A stretch of 64,000 nucleotides of DNA from Thermoplasmata archaeon. GTDB taxonomy: Archaea > Thermoplasmatota > Thermoplasmata > GCA-020350865. The notes beneath the pieces are model-generated. The model did no database searches and had not been told where the DNA came from. It worked only from the letters and a program-made list of their open reading frames with translations. The stretch covers positions 2,744,750-2,808,749 of the forward strand of contig CP070751.1 in assembly GCA_020348445.1 (NCBI GenBank), in the 5' to 3' direction. Positions 10,101 to 19,636 of this stretch are shown here, in pieces (position 1 is the stretch's first letter; each line of letters begins with the position of its first letter). The translations under genes and the position numbers were made by a program.

Positions 10101-12778
10101 AGCTCTCCTTCTATTTGGAGGTTAAGGGGCAAATGCTTCAAGGTGAGCCTGAAGATATTGGCAGACATATGGATACTGCCTACATTTTCATCGATGTAGA
10201 CCAATCTCAAGAATCAGGCTATCTCATAGATAATATAGGTGCAGATTACATGGTTGAGGTCGCTGGGTGGAGGGGTGAAATTTACTCACAAATTTTAAAT
10301 TCATATACAGAGGAAGTTAATGATTGGAATCTTTGGGAGTTTATTGGCCGGATTTCTGCAGATGCTTCAGACTCAAGACTTGAGGTGCAGGTTGATTACA
10401 GCGAATTGGGCATGAAGAACAATGAAAAGGTTGATGTCCTGTTCTACATGCAGGGATACGATGGATCTGAGGATTTTGCAGATACCGTGATTTCCAATGA
10501 AAAGGGAGTTTTAATTGTTAACCAACAACCATTGGGTGATTCCTTTGTAACAGGTGAGAAACAGGTTATGTTGATGCTTCAGTTGACAGCAAGAAACGAG
10601 GATATTACAGTAACTGGCATTAAGATCTCCAGAAAAGGAGTTGGCTCTGATGCTGATGTGAGTGAGGTAAGGCTCATTAGTGGTTCAACTGACAAAGGTA
10701 CATTGAACAACGGCGTGTGCGAATTCCAAACCGACATAAAACTGTCAAAGGATGTTCATGAAGCCGTGTTCGTTGAGGTTGATATAGCTCCTGCTGCTCT
10801 TGATATGGGAAGCATCGGATTTAAGGTTGATTCACCCCATGATATAACAACCAATAAAGGTACCATAACACTGAAGTCAGTGGAACCGGAATCCTATCAA
10901 TATGATATCAGCTATATCAAATCAATTCCCAAGGAAATAGTGGTTGATGGTGCATTTGCTGATTGGGAGATGATAAACAAGATTAGCGATGATGCAAATG
11001 ATGTGAATAAAGAAAACTTGAATATAAAAGAGTACGGAGTATCAAATTCATCGCAGATGGCCTCATTCTATCTAAAAGTTGATGGAAAAATGTGTTATGG
11101 GGCGGCTGTGCCGTATTGGAATTACGTGGCGGCAGCTATACCGCAAGAGCCTTCAGAGCCCGGGGAACCTGGATCTCCCGGGGAAACTCCAACTCTAAAG
11201 CCAAGAACTGGCGAGGATTTCGTGTATATTTTTATAGACAGCGACAATTTATCCACAACTGGTTACAGAATCGGTGACATGGGTGCAGATCACCTCATCG
11301 AAATCATAGGAAGGTACGGTGATATAACCTCCAGAACGCATCTGAGTTTCTTAGGCCCATCACAACATAATTGGATTTGGTTAAATGAAGGAGATGTCAA
11401 GGCAGAAACAAACAGTGCATGTTTGGAGACTCAAATCTCAGTTAGTGGGTTGAATATAACAGGGAATTTTCAGGTCTACTTTCAAACCACAGATTGGAGC
11501 AAGAGCGTATCTGATTATTCGGATGGCACGGTGTCAAGGGGAACAAGGGGAATCGTCACAATTCAGGAATTTAACGCTGCATCCATTGGAGCAACTGCAA
11601 CTTCGAATCAAAGATCCCTTATCAGAACAATAGGCCAGTCCACCAATTATTTCTTTAGTTTCTATTACAATGAAGATGTTCAGAATATTACGTGGAAATG
11701 GAGTTTGACAGGTGACGACAATCCATGGCCTAATCCCCCGCAATTTGTATTTACAGAGGCTCATCAAAACATGACAAATATATCGGTTTGGTACGATGAT
11801 ACCAATCAGAAGATATATGTTGTTGCTGATAATGATAGTGCTGACTATAATGTCACTGTTCGCAAAGGAACAATTTCTGGAAACACCATCACTTGGGGAT
11901 TTGAAGTCGATGTCAACGTATCAGCCATAGGTGTGGGAAATAAAAATGCCTTCATTTCAAGGGATGCAGATGGGCACCTCTGGGTGATATCAAGCATGAT
12001 GGAAGCAGTTGGGAATTATGGAGTTGTGGCAAATAGATCGGTGAGTCAAGATGATATTACTCAATGGCAGGTCGGTGAACCCTTGACCACATCAGCTGAT
12101 GATGATCCCTCACCAATAGACGTTTATCCCATAATCCTTTCAATAGGAACTTTAGGCGATCCAGACATGTACGCAATTTGGTATGACTCATCAGGTATCA
12201 TTCAAGGAAGACGTTATGATGGATCATCTTGGAGTGGAACTACCGATTATATTGATAATACGGGTACCGATGACGTTGATGGGCAAAAGTGGGGCCCATC
12301 TGCGGTTGTAGATTCTTCAAGTAGGGATGTCCATATTATATATGTGAACGCAACAGGGAATGTAAATTACACAAAATATAATACCGGCGGGACTTATGTT
12401 GAATCCCCAAAGACTCTCCGTTACACAGAAGCTGCTTTTCCCACTATATCATTGGTTGGATCAACTGGACTGAATGTTTATTGGATTAATGAATCAGTGG
12501 GAGGTAACAACCGGATTGAAGGTAACTCTTCAAATGATCTTGGCTCTACTTGGTCCTCAATTGTCGATTTTACCCCTGATACGTTTGCCAAACGATTTCT
12601 AACCTCCGTTTATTATGCACCAAACGAATTTTTTAGTGGATGGCATTGGACACAAAATGTGAGCAATGACAATGACGTTCTTTTTGAGCGTATTCCCGAA
12701 TACCAAGATGTTCTTATCCCGTTATTCGTAACGATTTTAATGGCAGCGGTCTGGCAAAGAAAGAGGAGAAAGTGTTAA
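7124..12778 (+). CDS. Giant membrane protein: 5 Cys-rich/SAP-like repeats, 3 double zinc ribbons, TNG repeats, TM, large extracellular region, PEF-CTERM-like tail
   Basis: Long ORF (track start 7049; ATG 7124 has a GGGGAG SD). TM near 9896-9952. Two IxxDGxFxDW extracellular domains. C-terminus IPEY-hydrophobic helix-RKRRK. Confidence 0.85.
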   Translation: MNQGGERKTLKEFLEDLPKEPCFTPLPNQYCVICSVSNKDVAEACIKSGNIPSKLKALKKDQLMEIAECFGQSTEGSKSELIERVINVIEGAEEEVEEVAPSEEEVVEFEVMEEGEEEIERPPPTMEKEEKEERIAENPLMEFRENLPIDPCFTPLPNQHCTICSIMNKDVASRCIKGGQIPSKLAAMEKNQLVDIASCLGLSWEGTNDDLIQRIITASEEGEVELEKVAEEEVEEQVQEEEEEEVPIEEEVIEEEVVEPEEGGVEFELMAEEEVEEQAEEEEPSEEEPEEEVVEEPEEEVPIEEEEVAEEVEEEGPTEKEEEIEKSPLRKFLDEPPKEPCFSPLPNEYCIICSISNKDVASTCIKGGQISSKLKAQKKAQLMEIAECLNQSTEGTKPELIKRILRVSGEAEEKDELVEPEEEEIEIEEEAEEGEEEVKAGEIEEGVKESPLREFLKNLPKEPCFTPLPNDFCTICTISNEDVASACIKGGDVSSKLKPMKKAKLIEIAECLSLSIKGTKSDLLKRILAQTIEGEAEVPEEESLPSLLEEFTDRMEKAAIGPKEEKELTLRGFILDLPTQPCFTPLPDSYCILCSRLNKEVADSCIKGGQPLSKLKRMKKIHLIEIASCLGLSTDRTKMELVEDILAATEQPELAIREVKKVEEKKRIEAPPVPVVEKEAPKVMEGELELECPDCGTSVEIDASVCPSCGFDFALAEKEELPEEGYECPECGRIFTEPVPSCPDCGTEFEGVEAFEEEAEEELEEYECPDCGSLVTVKDSVCPWCGLEFDVEAREEEVIEHEFEEFEEVGEEERGLESRVSEIGEPEKAVFTAGITNGLREGEGGLTNGITNGLKVARPGLTNGLTNGYRKGKPGLTNGLTNGLTNGLRALKVGITNGLTNGNGITNGLGPKRPVIKEKSNKLKLIAVPIILIMLILTPYIIVDMAEPEERIEIDGSFGDWSGVDKFSEEADVPPENINVDITSFGVDSRQQELSFYLEVKGQMLQGEPEDIGRHMDTAYIFIDVDQSQESGYLIDNIGADYMVEVAGWRGEIYSQILNSYTEEVNDWNLWEFIGRISADASDSRLEVQVDYSELGMKNNEKVDVLFYMQGYDGSEDFADTVISNEKGVLIVNQQPLGDSFVTGEKQVMLMLQLTARNEDITVTGIKISRKGVGSDADVSEVRLISGSTDKGTLNNGVCEFQTDIKLSKDVHEAVFVEVDIAPAALDMGSIGFKVDSPHDITTNKGTITLKSVEPESYQYDISYIKSIPKEIVVDGAFADWEMINKISDDANDVNKENLNIKEYGVSNSSQMASFYLKVDGKMCYGAAVPYWNYVAAAIPQEPSEPGEPGSPGETPTLKPRTGEDFVYIFIDSDNLSTTGYRIGDMGADHLIEIIGRYGDITSRTHLSFLGPSQHNWIWLNEGDVKAETNSACLETQISVSGLNITGNFQVYFQTTDWSKSVSDYSDGTVSRGTRGIVTIQEFNAASIGATATSNQRSLIRTIGQSTNYFFSFYYNEDVQNITWKWSLTGDDNPWPNPPQFVFTEAHQNMTNISVWYDDTNQKIYVVADNDSADYNVTVRKGTISGNTITWGFEVDVNVSAIGVGNKNAFISRDADGHLWVISSMMEAVGNYGVVANRSVSQDDITQWQVGEPLTTSADDDPSPIDVYPIILSIGTLGDPDMYAIWYDSSGIIQGRRYDGSSWSGTTDYIDNTGTDDVDGQKWGPSAVVDSSSRDVHIIYVNATGNVNYTKYNTGGTYVESPKTLRYTEAAFPTISLVGSTGLNVYWINESVGGNNRIEGNSSNDLGSTWSSIVDFTPDTFAKRFLTSVYYAPNEFFSGWHWTQNVSNDNDVLFERIPEYQDVLIPLFVTILMAAVWQRKRRKC
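7151..9073 (+). repeat. Five ~80-aa PCFxPLP..CxxC..C..SKL..KK.QL.EIAxCL..S..GTK.ELI.RI repeats separated by Glu-rich linkers
   Basis: Repeat starts at about 7151, 7541, 8108, 8477 and 8831; five Cys conserved in each. Confidence 0.9.
9623..9853 (+). repeat. Eleven [IL]TNG motifs just before the TM helix
   Basis: GITNGL...GLTNGLTNGLTNGL...GITNGLTNGNGITNGLG. Confidence 0.9.
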
Positions 12779-13980
12779 TCCTTTTTTTCATCCAGAACCT
12801 CTTTATAAACCTTCTCCAGCTTGTCCACCACTTTTGGCCAGGTAAAATTCTCCTTCACCCTTTTTCTTCCTGCCCTGCCCATGATTTTTCTCTTGTTCTC
12901 GTCCTTGAGTAACTCGATAATGGCATCTGCCAAGGCACCAGGGTTTCCGTATTCCACGAGCATGCCGGTTTTATGTTCGTCCAAAACCTCGGGAACTCCC
13001 CCCACTCTTGTTGCAACACAGGGTTTTTCACATGCCATGGCCTCCAGTAAAACCAGGCCAAAGGCCTCATATTCTGAGGGAAGAACAAAGACATCGCATG
13101 CAGAAAAGGCGCTTTTAAAAAGTTCATCATCTTTTATGTATCCTGTAAACAGCACTTCGTCACTTATTTTAAGCTTTACTGCCCTTTTCTCTAATCTCTT
13201 TCTTTCTCCCTCATCTTCACCCACCAGGACAAAGGTTGTGTCCTTTACCTGGGAAATGATTTGAGGCGCTGCGTCCATGAGATGATGAAGTCCCTTGTTC
13301 GAGGCTAATCTACCCGTGTAAAGTACGATTCTTCCATTGATGTTGTAGTAGTCCCTAAAGATATCGGGTGAAGGTATATTCTCGAACCTGTTAAAATCCA
13401 CGCCAGCGGGAATGATTCTAATCTTTTCATGGGGAATAGAAAATTCAGACAGCAGTCTTTGTTCATTTTTTGAATGACAGACAACGATATCAGGTGCATT
13501 GAGTATGGATTTGCCAAACATTTTATCATAAACTTTTCTCAGCTTTTTTCTTTTTTTACCGCCCCACATGCTCCATGAGGGATGAAAATGCGGTGTGATG
13601 ACCATGGGGATTTTCTTGAGTTTCTTGGTAAAGGCTCCTGCAGTGGTTTGGTAGTAACCATAGGAATGTGTATGGATGAGATCAGTTTCCTCTTTTAAAA
13701 GGGATTTTAACATGGATGAAATGAAGATATAATGCGCATCTCCCCCGAGAGAGTAGGATTTGAACCTTGTTACAGGAACACCATCATAGTTGGAGCTGGA
13801 TTTTTCAATTCGTACAAATGGTACCTCAGTATAAAGATCAGTTGTGAACACCTGTAAATCGTGTCCTCGGCTCATGAGCTCCTTTGATATGTGGTACACA
13901 TGATTTTCGGCTCCTCCTGGCCCTGGAGGAAAACGAATGCAGAGCTGTAAAATATTCATTTCATCACTTTTGAACTTCAA
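12775..13980 (-). CDS. Glycosyltransferase family 4 (GT-B)
   Basis: GGAENHV, GRLASNKG, VLPSEYEAFGLVLLEAMACEKPCVATRVGG. Confidence 0.92.
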   Translation of the reverse strand: MKFKSDEMNILQLCIRFPPGPGGAENHVYHISKELMSRGHDLQVFTTDLYTEVPFVRIEKSSSNYDGVPVTRFKSYSLGGDAHYIFISSMLKSLLKEETDLIHTHSYGYYQTTAGAFTKKLKKIPMVITPHFHPSWSMWGGKKRKKLRKVYDKMFGKSILNAPDIVVCHSKNEQRLLSEFSIPHEKIRIIPAGVDFNRFENIPSPDIFRDYYNINGRIVLYTGRLASNKGLHHLMDAAPQIISQVKDTTFVLVGEDEGERKRLEKRAVKLKISDEVLFTGYIKDDELFKSAFSACDVFVLPSEYEAFGLVLLEAMACEKPCVATRVGGVPEVLDEHKTGMLVEYGNPGALADAIIELLKDENKRKIMGRAGRKRVKENFTWPKVVDKLEKVYKEVLDEKKD

Positions 13981-14075
13981 CAGACAAACTGAAAATATCT
14001 ATGTCGATTTTAATGTTTTTCCCCCAAGTTCTAAAAACAGGCTAAAAAAGGATCCCTTTTATGGTAAAGAATGAA

Positions 14076-14594
14076 TTAGGAGACCAGTTCTGAACCTTTT
14101 TCTATAACGATTCTGCACGGGGTGGGCAGCTTCATACTGGCCCTTCTAAGGGCTTCTTTTGCCACTTTAAAATACGCTTTTGTGGTGGCTACGGAGATCA
14201 AGCTCTGGCCAACCTCCACCCGAGCTGCGGTCCCTACAGCCTTTCCAAAGGCACTTCTCATACCATCCGAGACCCTATCTGCCCCAGCACCTGTTGCCTG
14301 CTTATTCTCACGAAGAACAACGTTTGGATATATCCTGATCTTCAAATGGTAATTAATTGAGCCCGCTTTCTTGTTCAGATGCCTGACTGCTGCAATACGT
14401 GCAGCTTCCAAGGCATTATGCCTTATTTGGCATGCTTCCTCACCTTTTAAAGTGATCTTAAGTGGGAAATCCCCTCTGGGATTGCCCAAGTCGAACTGGG
14501 TTATCCTTGAGGCAGGAATGCCGCCCATATACTCCCGTCTCGTATATGCTTGACCTCTGATTTGCCTGTACATCCGCGCAGGTTTTCTTGACAC
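14076..14594 (-). CDS. rpl10e: 50S ribosomal protein uL16 (L10e)
   Basis: [54 protein letters not shown]. Confidence 0.97.
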   Translation of the reverse strand: MSRKPARMYRQIRGQAYTRREYMGGIPASRITQFDLGNPRGDFPLKITLKGEEACQIRHNALEAARIAAVRHLNKKAGSINYHLKIRIYPNVVLRENKQATGAGADRVSDGMRSAFGKAVGTAARVEVGQSLISVATTKAYFKVAKEALRRASMKLPTPCRIVIEKGSELVS

Positions 14595-14769
14595 GCCATC
14601 ACCAATTCTAGATTTCGCAGGTGGCCACTAATGCGAAACCCCTTTATAACGATTTTGCTTTTACACTTAAAAATGGCCTTTATTCCTTATACAATCCCTC
14701 TAAGTGTAAATTATCATTAATGATTGTGATTACTCAATTTTTAAATACAAAGAGAGCGTTTGAAAATCG

Positions 14770-14919
14770 ATGACCAAAGAAGATGACAGTATGTGGAAGG
14801 ACTGTAACTGTATGAACTGCAGACTCGCCCGCATAGAAGATAATGTCAATAGAATAATTACCTATATAAATACGAAATTCGAAGATGCTCCCAAGGGTAC
14901 AACCGGACATCCACGTTGA
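14770..14919 (+). CDS. Putative 49-aa micro-protein with CxCxxC motif (not in ORF track)
   Basis: MTKEDDSMWKDCNCMNCRLARIEDNVNRIITYINTKFEDAPKGTTGHPR. TTTTTAAATA at 14738-14747 is at leaderless-promoter spacing. Confidence 0.45.
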   Translation: MTKEDDSMWKDCNCMNCRLARIEDNVNRIITYINTKFEDAPKGTTGHPR

Positions 14920-15166
14920 ACAGATAAGGAAACATCTGCCGGTCAATTTCAAAAATGATGTATAATTATTTAATAAGATATTATCTATATGTATTATTAT
15001 ATAAGGGATGTTGTTTACTTTGATTCATTTTTTCTAAATTTATAGATGGAGAATTTAATAAACTTGGAGAGCGGGCTACCTATTTATTAAACATACAAAA
15101 AAAAAGCCAATTAAAGAGTCCCGAATTTCAGCAAATATTAAGTACACGGATATCTATGTTACACCC

Positions 15167-15328
15167 ATGGACCCGTTTTGGATTATGGTCTGTATACCTT
15201 TATTAGTGCTTGTGGCGATACTGGTTATTATTGGCATCGTCAAACTTATAAAAATGTTGATCATAGTGGGGATATTGCTTTTAATTTGCGCTGCGGCAGT
15301 TTTGTGGTACTTGGGCTATATACCGTAA
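15167..15328 (+). CDS. 53-aa two-helix membrane protein (not in ORF track)
   Basis: MDPFWIMVCIPLLVLVAILVIIGIVKLIKMLIIVGILLLICAAAVLWYLGYIP. TATTAAGTA lies ~27 nt upstream. Confidence 0.7.
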   Translation: MDPFWIMVCIPLLVLVAILVIIGIVKLIKMLIIVGILLLICAAAVLWYLGYIP

Positions 15329-15339
15329 TTGGTATCTTT

Positions 15340-15828
15340 TCAATGATCATTTTTTTCTAATGTCACTCCTTTTTGGCCCATATAGTTGCCTGATCTCTCT
15401 TCATATAATTTCTCTGGTAGGCTTTCCATCCTCTCGAAGATCATCTGTGCAAAGGTGTCCATGACTTTTATCTCCACAGGGTGATCGGAAGCATTAAAGG
15501 CTGATAAAGTCAAATTCCCCTCAAAACCTGCATCCACCTTTCCAAAGGAGCTTAAAATTCCGGATCTTGCATATGAAGTCCGAATCCAAAGTTGTGCTGT
15601 AATCTCCCCTCCCAGCTTTATATACTCCTTTGTACTTACCAAAAACCACCGCATTGCTGAAACACATGCAACCCCTTCGCAAACCTTCTCATTCAATTCT
15701 GGTATAAAGATCTCCTCTATTGTCAGATCATAGCCATTTGGAGTGAGATTTTTCTCCAAAAATGGTTCTATGTAGAGCTTCCCCTCCTTGATATGGTCTT
15801 TTATGTCCGAATCTGACAGTATTCCCAT
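15340..15828 (-). CDS. dcd: dCTP deaminase (trimeric dUTPase superfamily)
   Basis: ILSDSDI..IEP, PNGYDL, RTSYARSG, VDAGFEGNLTL, FAQMIF. Confidence 0.85.
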   Translation of the reverse strand: MGILSDSDIKDHIKEGKLYIEPFLEKNLTPNGYDLTIEEIFIPELNEKVCEGVACVSAMRWFLVSTKEYIKLGGEITAQLWIRTSYARSGILSSFGKVDAGFEGNLTLSAFNASDHPVEIKVMDTFAQMIFERMESLPEKLYEERSGNYMGQKGVTLEKNDH

Positions 15829-15851
15829 GAAAATCACTTACTTCAATCGTC

Positions 15852-16334
15852 TTAAAGTTTATATCCAATTTTTCTAAGAAATTCCTTCCTTGTCTTGCGC
15901 TGCTCCTCTTTTTCGATTCCTTTGGGTTTTTCCCCATCTATTACACCCAAAATTCCCCTGCCTCTTTCATTTTCTGCAACCACGACGTCCACCTTGTTTG
16001 CTGTTGCGCAGAATATAGAGCAAACCTCGGGTACATTCTTTAGGGCCCCCAAGACGTTGATCGGGTACGCCTCCTTCATTACTATTATGAATGTGTGCCC
16101 TGCCCCTATGTTCAATGCATTCTTTGCAGCTATTGATTTAAGCTCATCATCATTTCCCTCTACCCTCACCAGACATTCCATGGAGGCCTCGCAGAAAGCC
16201 ACTCCGAACTTAATACATGGTGCGGAGTTCACCAGGGCCTCATAAATGTCCTCTGCTGTTTTGATAAAATGCGTCTGGCCAATGATCACATTGGAATCTG
16301 GGGGCATTTCAACAGAAACCAGTTTTGTCTCCAT
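15852..16334 (-). CDS. Adenosine-specific kinase family protein (DUF355)
   Basis: NVIIGQTHFIKTAED, FGVAFCEAS, GAGHTF..AYPINVL, IFCATAN, RGILGVIDG, FLRKIGYK. Confidence 0.9.
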   Translation of the reverse strand: METKLVSVEMPPDSNVIIGQTHFIKTAEDIYEALVNSAPCIKFGVAFCEASMECLVRVEGNDDELKSIAAKNALNIGAGHTFIIVMKEAYPINVLGALKNVPEVCSIFCATANKVDVVVAENERGRGILGVIDGEKPKGIEKEEQRKTRKEFLRKIGYKL

Positions 16335-16405
16335 ACAAACCACCTGCTCCTATCATTGGGTGTAAAACATTGGAGCTTTAAATAGGATGCGGTGAGATCA
16401 ATTTT

Positions 16406-17080
16406 CTATTTGAAGATTTCCCCAGTCTCCTTGTACCACAATAGAAGGTCCAAGTGGGCCATGGGAATTTTGATTCTTTCTGCATAATTTTTCATCTTTC
16501 CCTCTATCTCAAGGTATCTTTTTTTGGATAATGAAGATGGTACCTCCTTTATCACCCCTTGCAGCTTCATATTCTTTAAAATGTGCCTATCGAGAATTGC
16601 CAATTCCTCCCCAAATCCTATGTTTCTTAAAAAGTGGCTTGCCTCCTTGTATCCCATTCCCTTTATGTTGGCTACCAGCCATTCTCTTGTATCTATCGGA
16701 TTGTCAAATTCTGCTATTCTTTTTTTGATTTGGAGCTTTCCTTTTTGAGTGAATAACTTTCTTGCATCCACGATGTTTTCTGCCTTTGTGTTGTGGAATC
16801 TAACACTGCCCCTCAACTCCTTGGCAATCTGTGTTTTACTTCCTTTAAGAAGCAGTTCCTTTTCTAGGATGGTCCTTACTGCTAAGTCGCAGGATTTTGC
16901 CTTGGACTGGGGTGTTAAAAGACAGAATATGAGTTCTGCGAAGATGTCTTTCTCAGATCCTTTATCCCTTACTCTCTTAAATTCCCTTAGCCGTGATACA
17001 ATATCTTTTTCGATTGGTTGGTAAAGCTTTTCTATTTCTTTGATTGGATTTTTTTTTATTGGGGAACCTTTACCTTGCAT
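16406..17080 (-). CDS. ogg: 8-oxoguanine DNA glycosylase/AP lyase (archaeal Ogg, HhH-GPD)
   Basis: ELIFCLLTPQSKA, VRFHNTKA, IKGMGYKEASHFLRNIG, LAILDRHIL, LDLLLWY. Exact start uncertain. Confidence 0.92.
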   Translation of the reverse strand: MQGKGSPIKKNPIKEIEKLYQPIEKDIVSRLREFKRVRDKGSEKDIFAELIFCLLTPQSKAKSCDLAVRTILEKELLLKGSKTQIAKELRGSVRFHNTKAENIVDARKLFTQKGKLQIKKRIAEFDNPIDTREWLVANIKGMGYKEASHFLRNIGFGEELAILDRHILKNMKLQGVIKEVPSSLSKKRYLEIEGKMKNYAERIKIPMAHLDLLLWYKETGEIFK

Positions 17081-17256
17081 CTTTTCGTCCGTCCTGTCTT
17101 TTTGGGTAATGAGCCTTAATGTCTTTTGCATATCTGTATTTTGCGTTGGTTGGTCTTAAATTAGAAGGAAAAACAAAAACCTTTATTATAATCTTATATT
17201 ATTCACAATCCAAATTTACAGTCATTTTATGTGGGACTGATATGGGGGAGATACGT

Positions 17257-19140
17257 ATGAATAAGATGAAGATAACAGTTATTGGAGCAGGAACAATGGG
17301 TGCTGGGATTGCCCAGCGCGCATCCCAATCCGGATTTGCAGTTTCTTTGGTGGATGTAAAGGACGAGTTTTTGAAAAAGGGATTTGAAGGCATAGAAAAA
17401 ACCCTGAAAAAAGGAATTGAGCTGGGAAAGGTCACTGAAGAGCAGTCAAAAAGCATCATCGAAAACATAAAGGGCACCACTGAATTAAAGGAGGGTGCAG
17501 CTGATACCAATTTGGTAATCGAGGCCATCTTCGAAGATATGGAGGTAAAGAAAAAATTGTTTACCGAGCTAGATGAACTTTGTGACGACAGCGTGATATT
17601 TGCATCCAACACATCCTCTCTGAGCATAACAGAACTTGCCAAGGCTACAAAGCGGGAAGACAAATTTGGAGGCCTACACTTCTTCTATCCTGCCGCCATA
17701 AACAGGCTTGTTGAGGTAATAGCAGGTGAAAAAACGTCATCTGATACAGTTGACAAATTAATGGACATATCCCAGGCCCTGGGAAAAACACCGATTTTGG
17801 CAAAGGACGCACCTGGCTTTGCAGTAAACAGATTCTTTGTGCCCTGGCTAAACGAAGCCTGCAGGATGCTTGAAGACAATACAGCAAACATACCAACAAT
17901 TGACAAGGGTGCCAAGGATGCCTTTGGAATTGGTATGGGTCCATTTGAGCTGATGAATGCAACAGGCATTCCAATTGCATATCATTCCCAGGAGTCCCTG
18001 CACAAGGGATTAGGCGAATTCTACAAACCAAGTGAACGCCTTAAGGTTCAATTTGAATTAAATGAAACATGGGATATGACAGGTGAGATAAATGATAGTG
18101 CTCTGGGTACTGTTAAAAGACGTTTTTATGGTGTGGTGTTCGGAGTGGCATGCCAGCTTGCACAAGAAAAAGTGGCAAGCAAGGAGGATACAGATCGGGG
18201 GGCCACAATTGGCCTGAGATGGGCGCAGGGTCCTTTTGCATTGATGAACGAGGTGGGAATTCAGGAAGCCTATGACATGGTTAACAACATTGCAGAGATA
18301 TCAAATGGTACATTCAAGGTACCTGACCTTTTAAAGGAACAGGCTGAATCTAAAAAGCCCTGGGATCTTAAGACAGTTCGTGTGACAAAGGAGAACAAAA
18401 CCGCGATTATCACAATGGACAGACCAGAGGCCCTAAATGCGTTGAACTCCAAGGTACTCTCCGATTTAAGGGATATAATAAAACAGATCCAAAAGGATGA
18501 AGAAATCACAACTGTAATAATTACAGGCTCGGGTAAAGCCTTTGTTGCAGGTGCAGACATCAAGGAGATGATGGAGAAAAGTCCAATTGAAGCCAGGGAG
18601 TTCACATATCTGGGTCAGGCCGTACTCAAGGAACTGGAAGATCTGAATAAGCCTGTGATTGCAGCAGTAAATGGAGTTGCCCTTGGTGGAGGCTGTGAAC
18701 TAGCACTTGCATGCGACATAATCCTAGCCTCTGAAAAAGCGAGGCTGGGATTTCCCGAGGTGGGTTTGGGAATACATCCAGGTTTTGGAGGAACACAGCG
18801 ACTGCCAAGACTTGTGGGAAGGGCCAAGGCAAAGGAACTGATCTTCACCGCCGATATCTTGGACGCAAAGGAGGCGGAGCGAATAGGACTTGTTAACAGG
18901 GTGGTTGCACCTGATAAGCTTCTTGAGGAGGCAAGGGGGATTGCAAACAAGATATCAAGACAGGCACCTATTGCGATTCGTCTGGCAAAATCCGCAATAA
19001 ACAAAGGATGTGAAATGGATTTGGATACAGGATTGGCGTATGAGGTTGAATCTGTATCCATGGCCTTCTCCACAAAGGACAGCAAGGAGGGTATGTCTGC
19101 CTTTACAAAAAGAAGAAAACCAGAATTTGAAGGGAAATAA
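17257..19140 (+). CDS. Bifunctional 3-hydroxyacyl-CoA dehydrogenase / enoyl-CoA hydratase
   Basis: VIGAGTMGAGIA, SNTSSL, GLHFFYP, PGFAVNR; crotonase part AFVAGADI, ALGGGCELALACD, PEVGLGIHPGFGGTQRL. Start moved to ATG 17257 (GGGGGAG SD). Confidence 0.95.
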   Translation: MNKMKITVIGAGTMGAGIAQRASQSGFAVSLVDVKDEFLKKGFEGIEKTLKKGIELGKVTEEQSKSIIENIKGTTELKEGAADTNLVIEAIFEDMEVKKKLFTELDELCDDSVIFASNTSSLSITELAKATKREDKFGGLHFFYPAAINRLVEVIAGEKTSSDTVDKLMDISQALGKTPILAKDAPGFAVNRFFVPWLNEACRMLEDNTANIPTIDKGAKDAFGIGMGPFELMNATGIPIAYHSQESLHKGLGEFYKPSERLKVQFELNETWDMTGEINDSALGTVKRRFYGVVFGVACQLAQEKVASKEDTDRGATIGLRWAQGPFALMNEVGIQEAYDMVNNIAEISNGTFKVPDLLKEQAESKKPWDLKTVRVTKENKTAIITMDRPEALNALNSKVLSDLRDIIKQIQKDEEITTVIITGSGKAFVAGADIKEMMEKSPIEAREFTYLGQAVLKELEDLNKPVIAAVNGVALGGGCELALACDIILASEKARLGFPEVGLGIHPGFGGTQRLPRLVGRAKAKELIFTADILDAKEAERIGLVNRVVAPDKLLEEARGIANKISRQAPIAIRLAKSAINKGCEMDLDTGLAYEVESVSMAFSTKDSKEGMSAFTKRRKPEFEGK

Positions 19141-19155
19141 GAGGAGGTATGATAT

Positions 19156-19632
19156 TTGGTAAAAATACTTGTTTGTTATTATTCGAGAAGTGGGAACACA
19201 AAGAGTATGGCCGAGTTCATTGCACAAGGGGCGCAAAGGGAAGGTGCAGAAGTTGACTTAAAGGAAGTCGAGAAAGTAGGGGCCGATGAACTTTTGGGAT
19301 ACGATGGTATCATATTTGGCTCACCAACGTACTACGGTACGTGTGCAGCTCCGATTAAGGAGTTGATCGATGAGAGCGTCAAGCTTCATGGAGAACTAAA
19401 TGGTAAAGTGGGAGGAGCCTTCTCATCCAGTGCAAACGTGGCAGGTGGAAACGAGACAACAATAATCAACATCCTTCAGATGCTCATGATTCACGGGATG
19501 ATAGTCAAGGGCGATCCCAGGGGTAGTCACTATGGACCCGTGTCCGTGGGCATACCTGATGAAAATGTCATAGAGGAGTGCAAAGCCTACGGCAGGAACA
19601 TAGCGAGCTTGACCAAGAAATTATTTGGGTGA
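19156..19632 (+). CDS. WrbA-like flavodoxin / NAD(P)H:quinone oxidoreductase
   Basis: YYSRSGNT, GSPTYYG, GKVGGAFSSS..GGNETT, HYGPV. Confidence 0.9.
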   Translation: MVKILVCYYSRSGNTKSMAEFIAQGAQREGAEVDLKEVEKVGADELLGYDGIIFGSPTYYGTCAAPIKELIDESVKLHGELNGKVGGAFSSSANVAGGNETTIINILQMLMIHGMIVKGDPRGSHYGPVSVGIPDENVIEECKAYGRNIASLTKKLFG

Positions 19633-19636
19633 AAGT

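Noticed and set aside
14734-14952. 72-aa minus-strand ORF
   Set aside because: No motif or SD; the plus-strand 49-aa ORF has better promoter spacing and a Cys motif.
15178-15360. 60-aa ORF from the track
   Set aside because: Wrong frame; 15167-15328 gives a coherent membrane protein.
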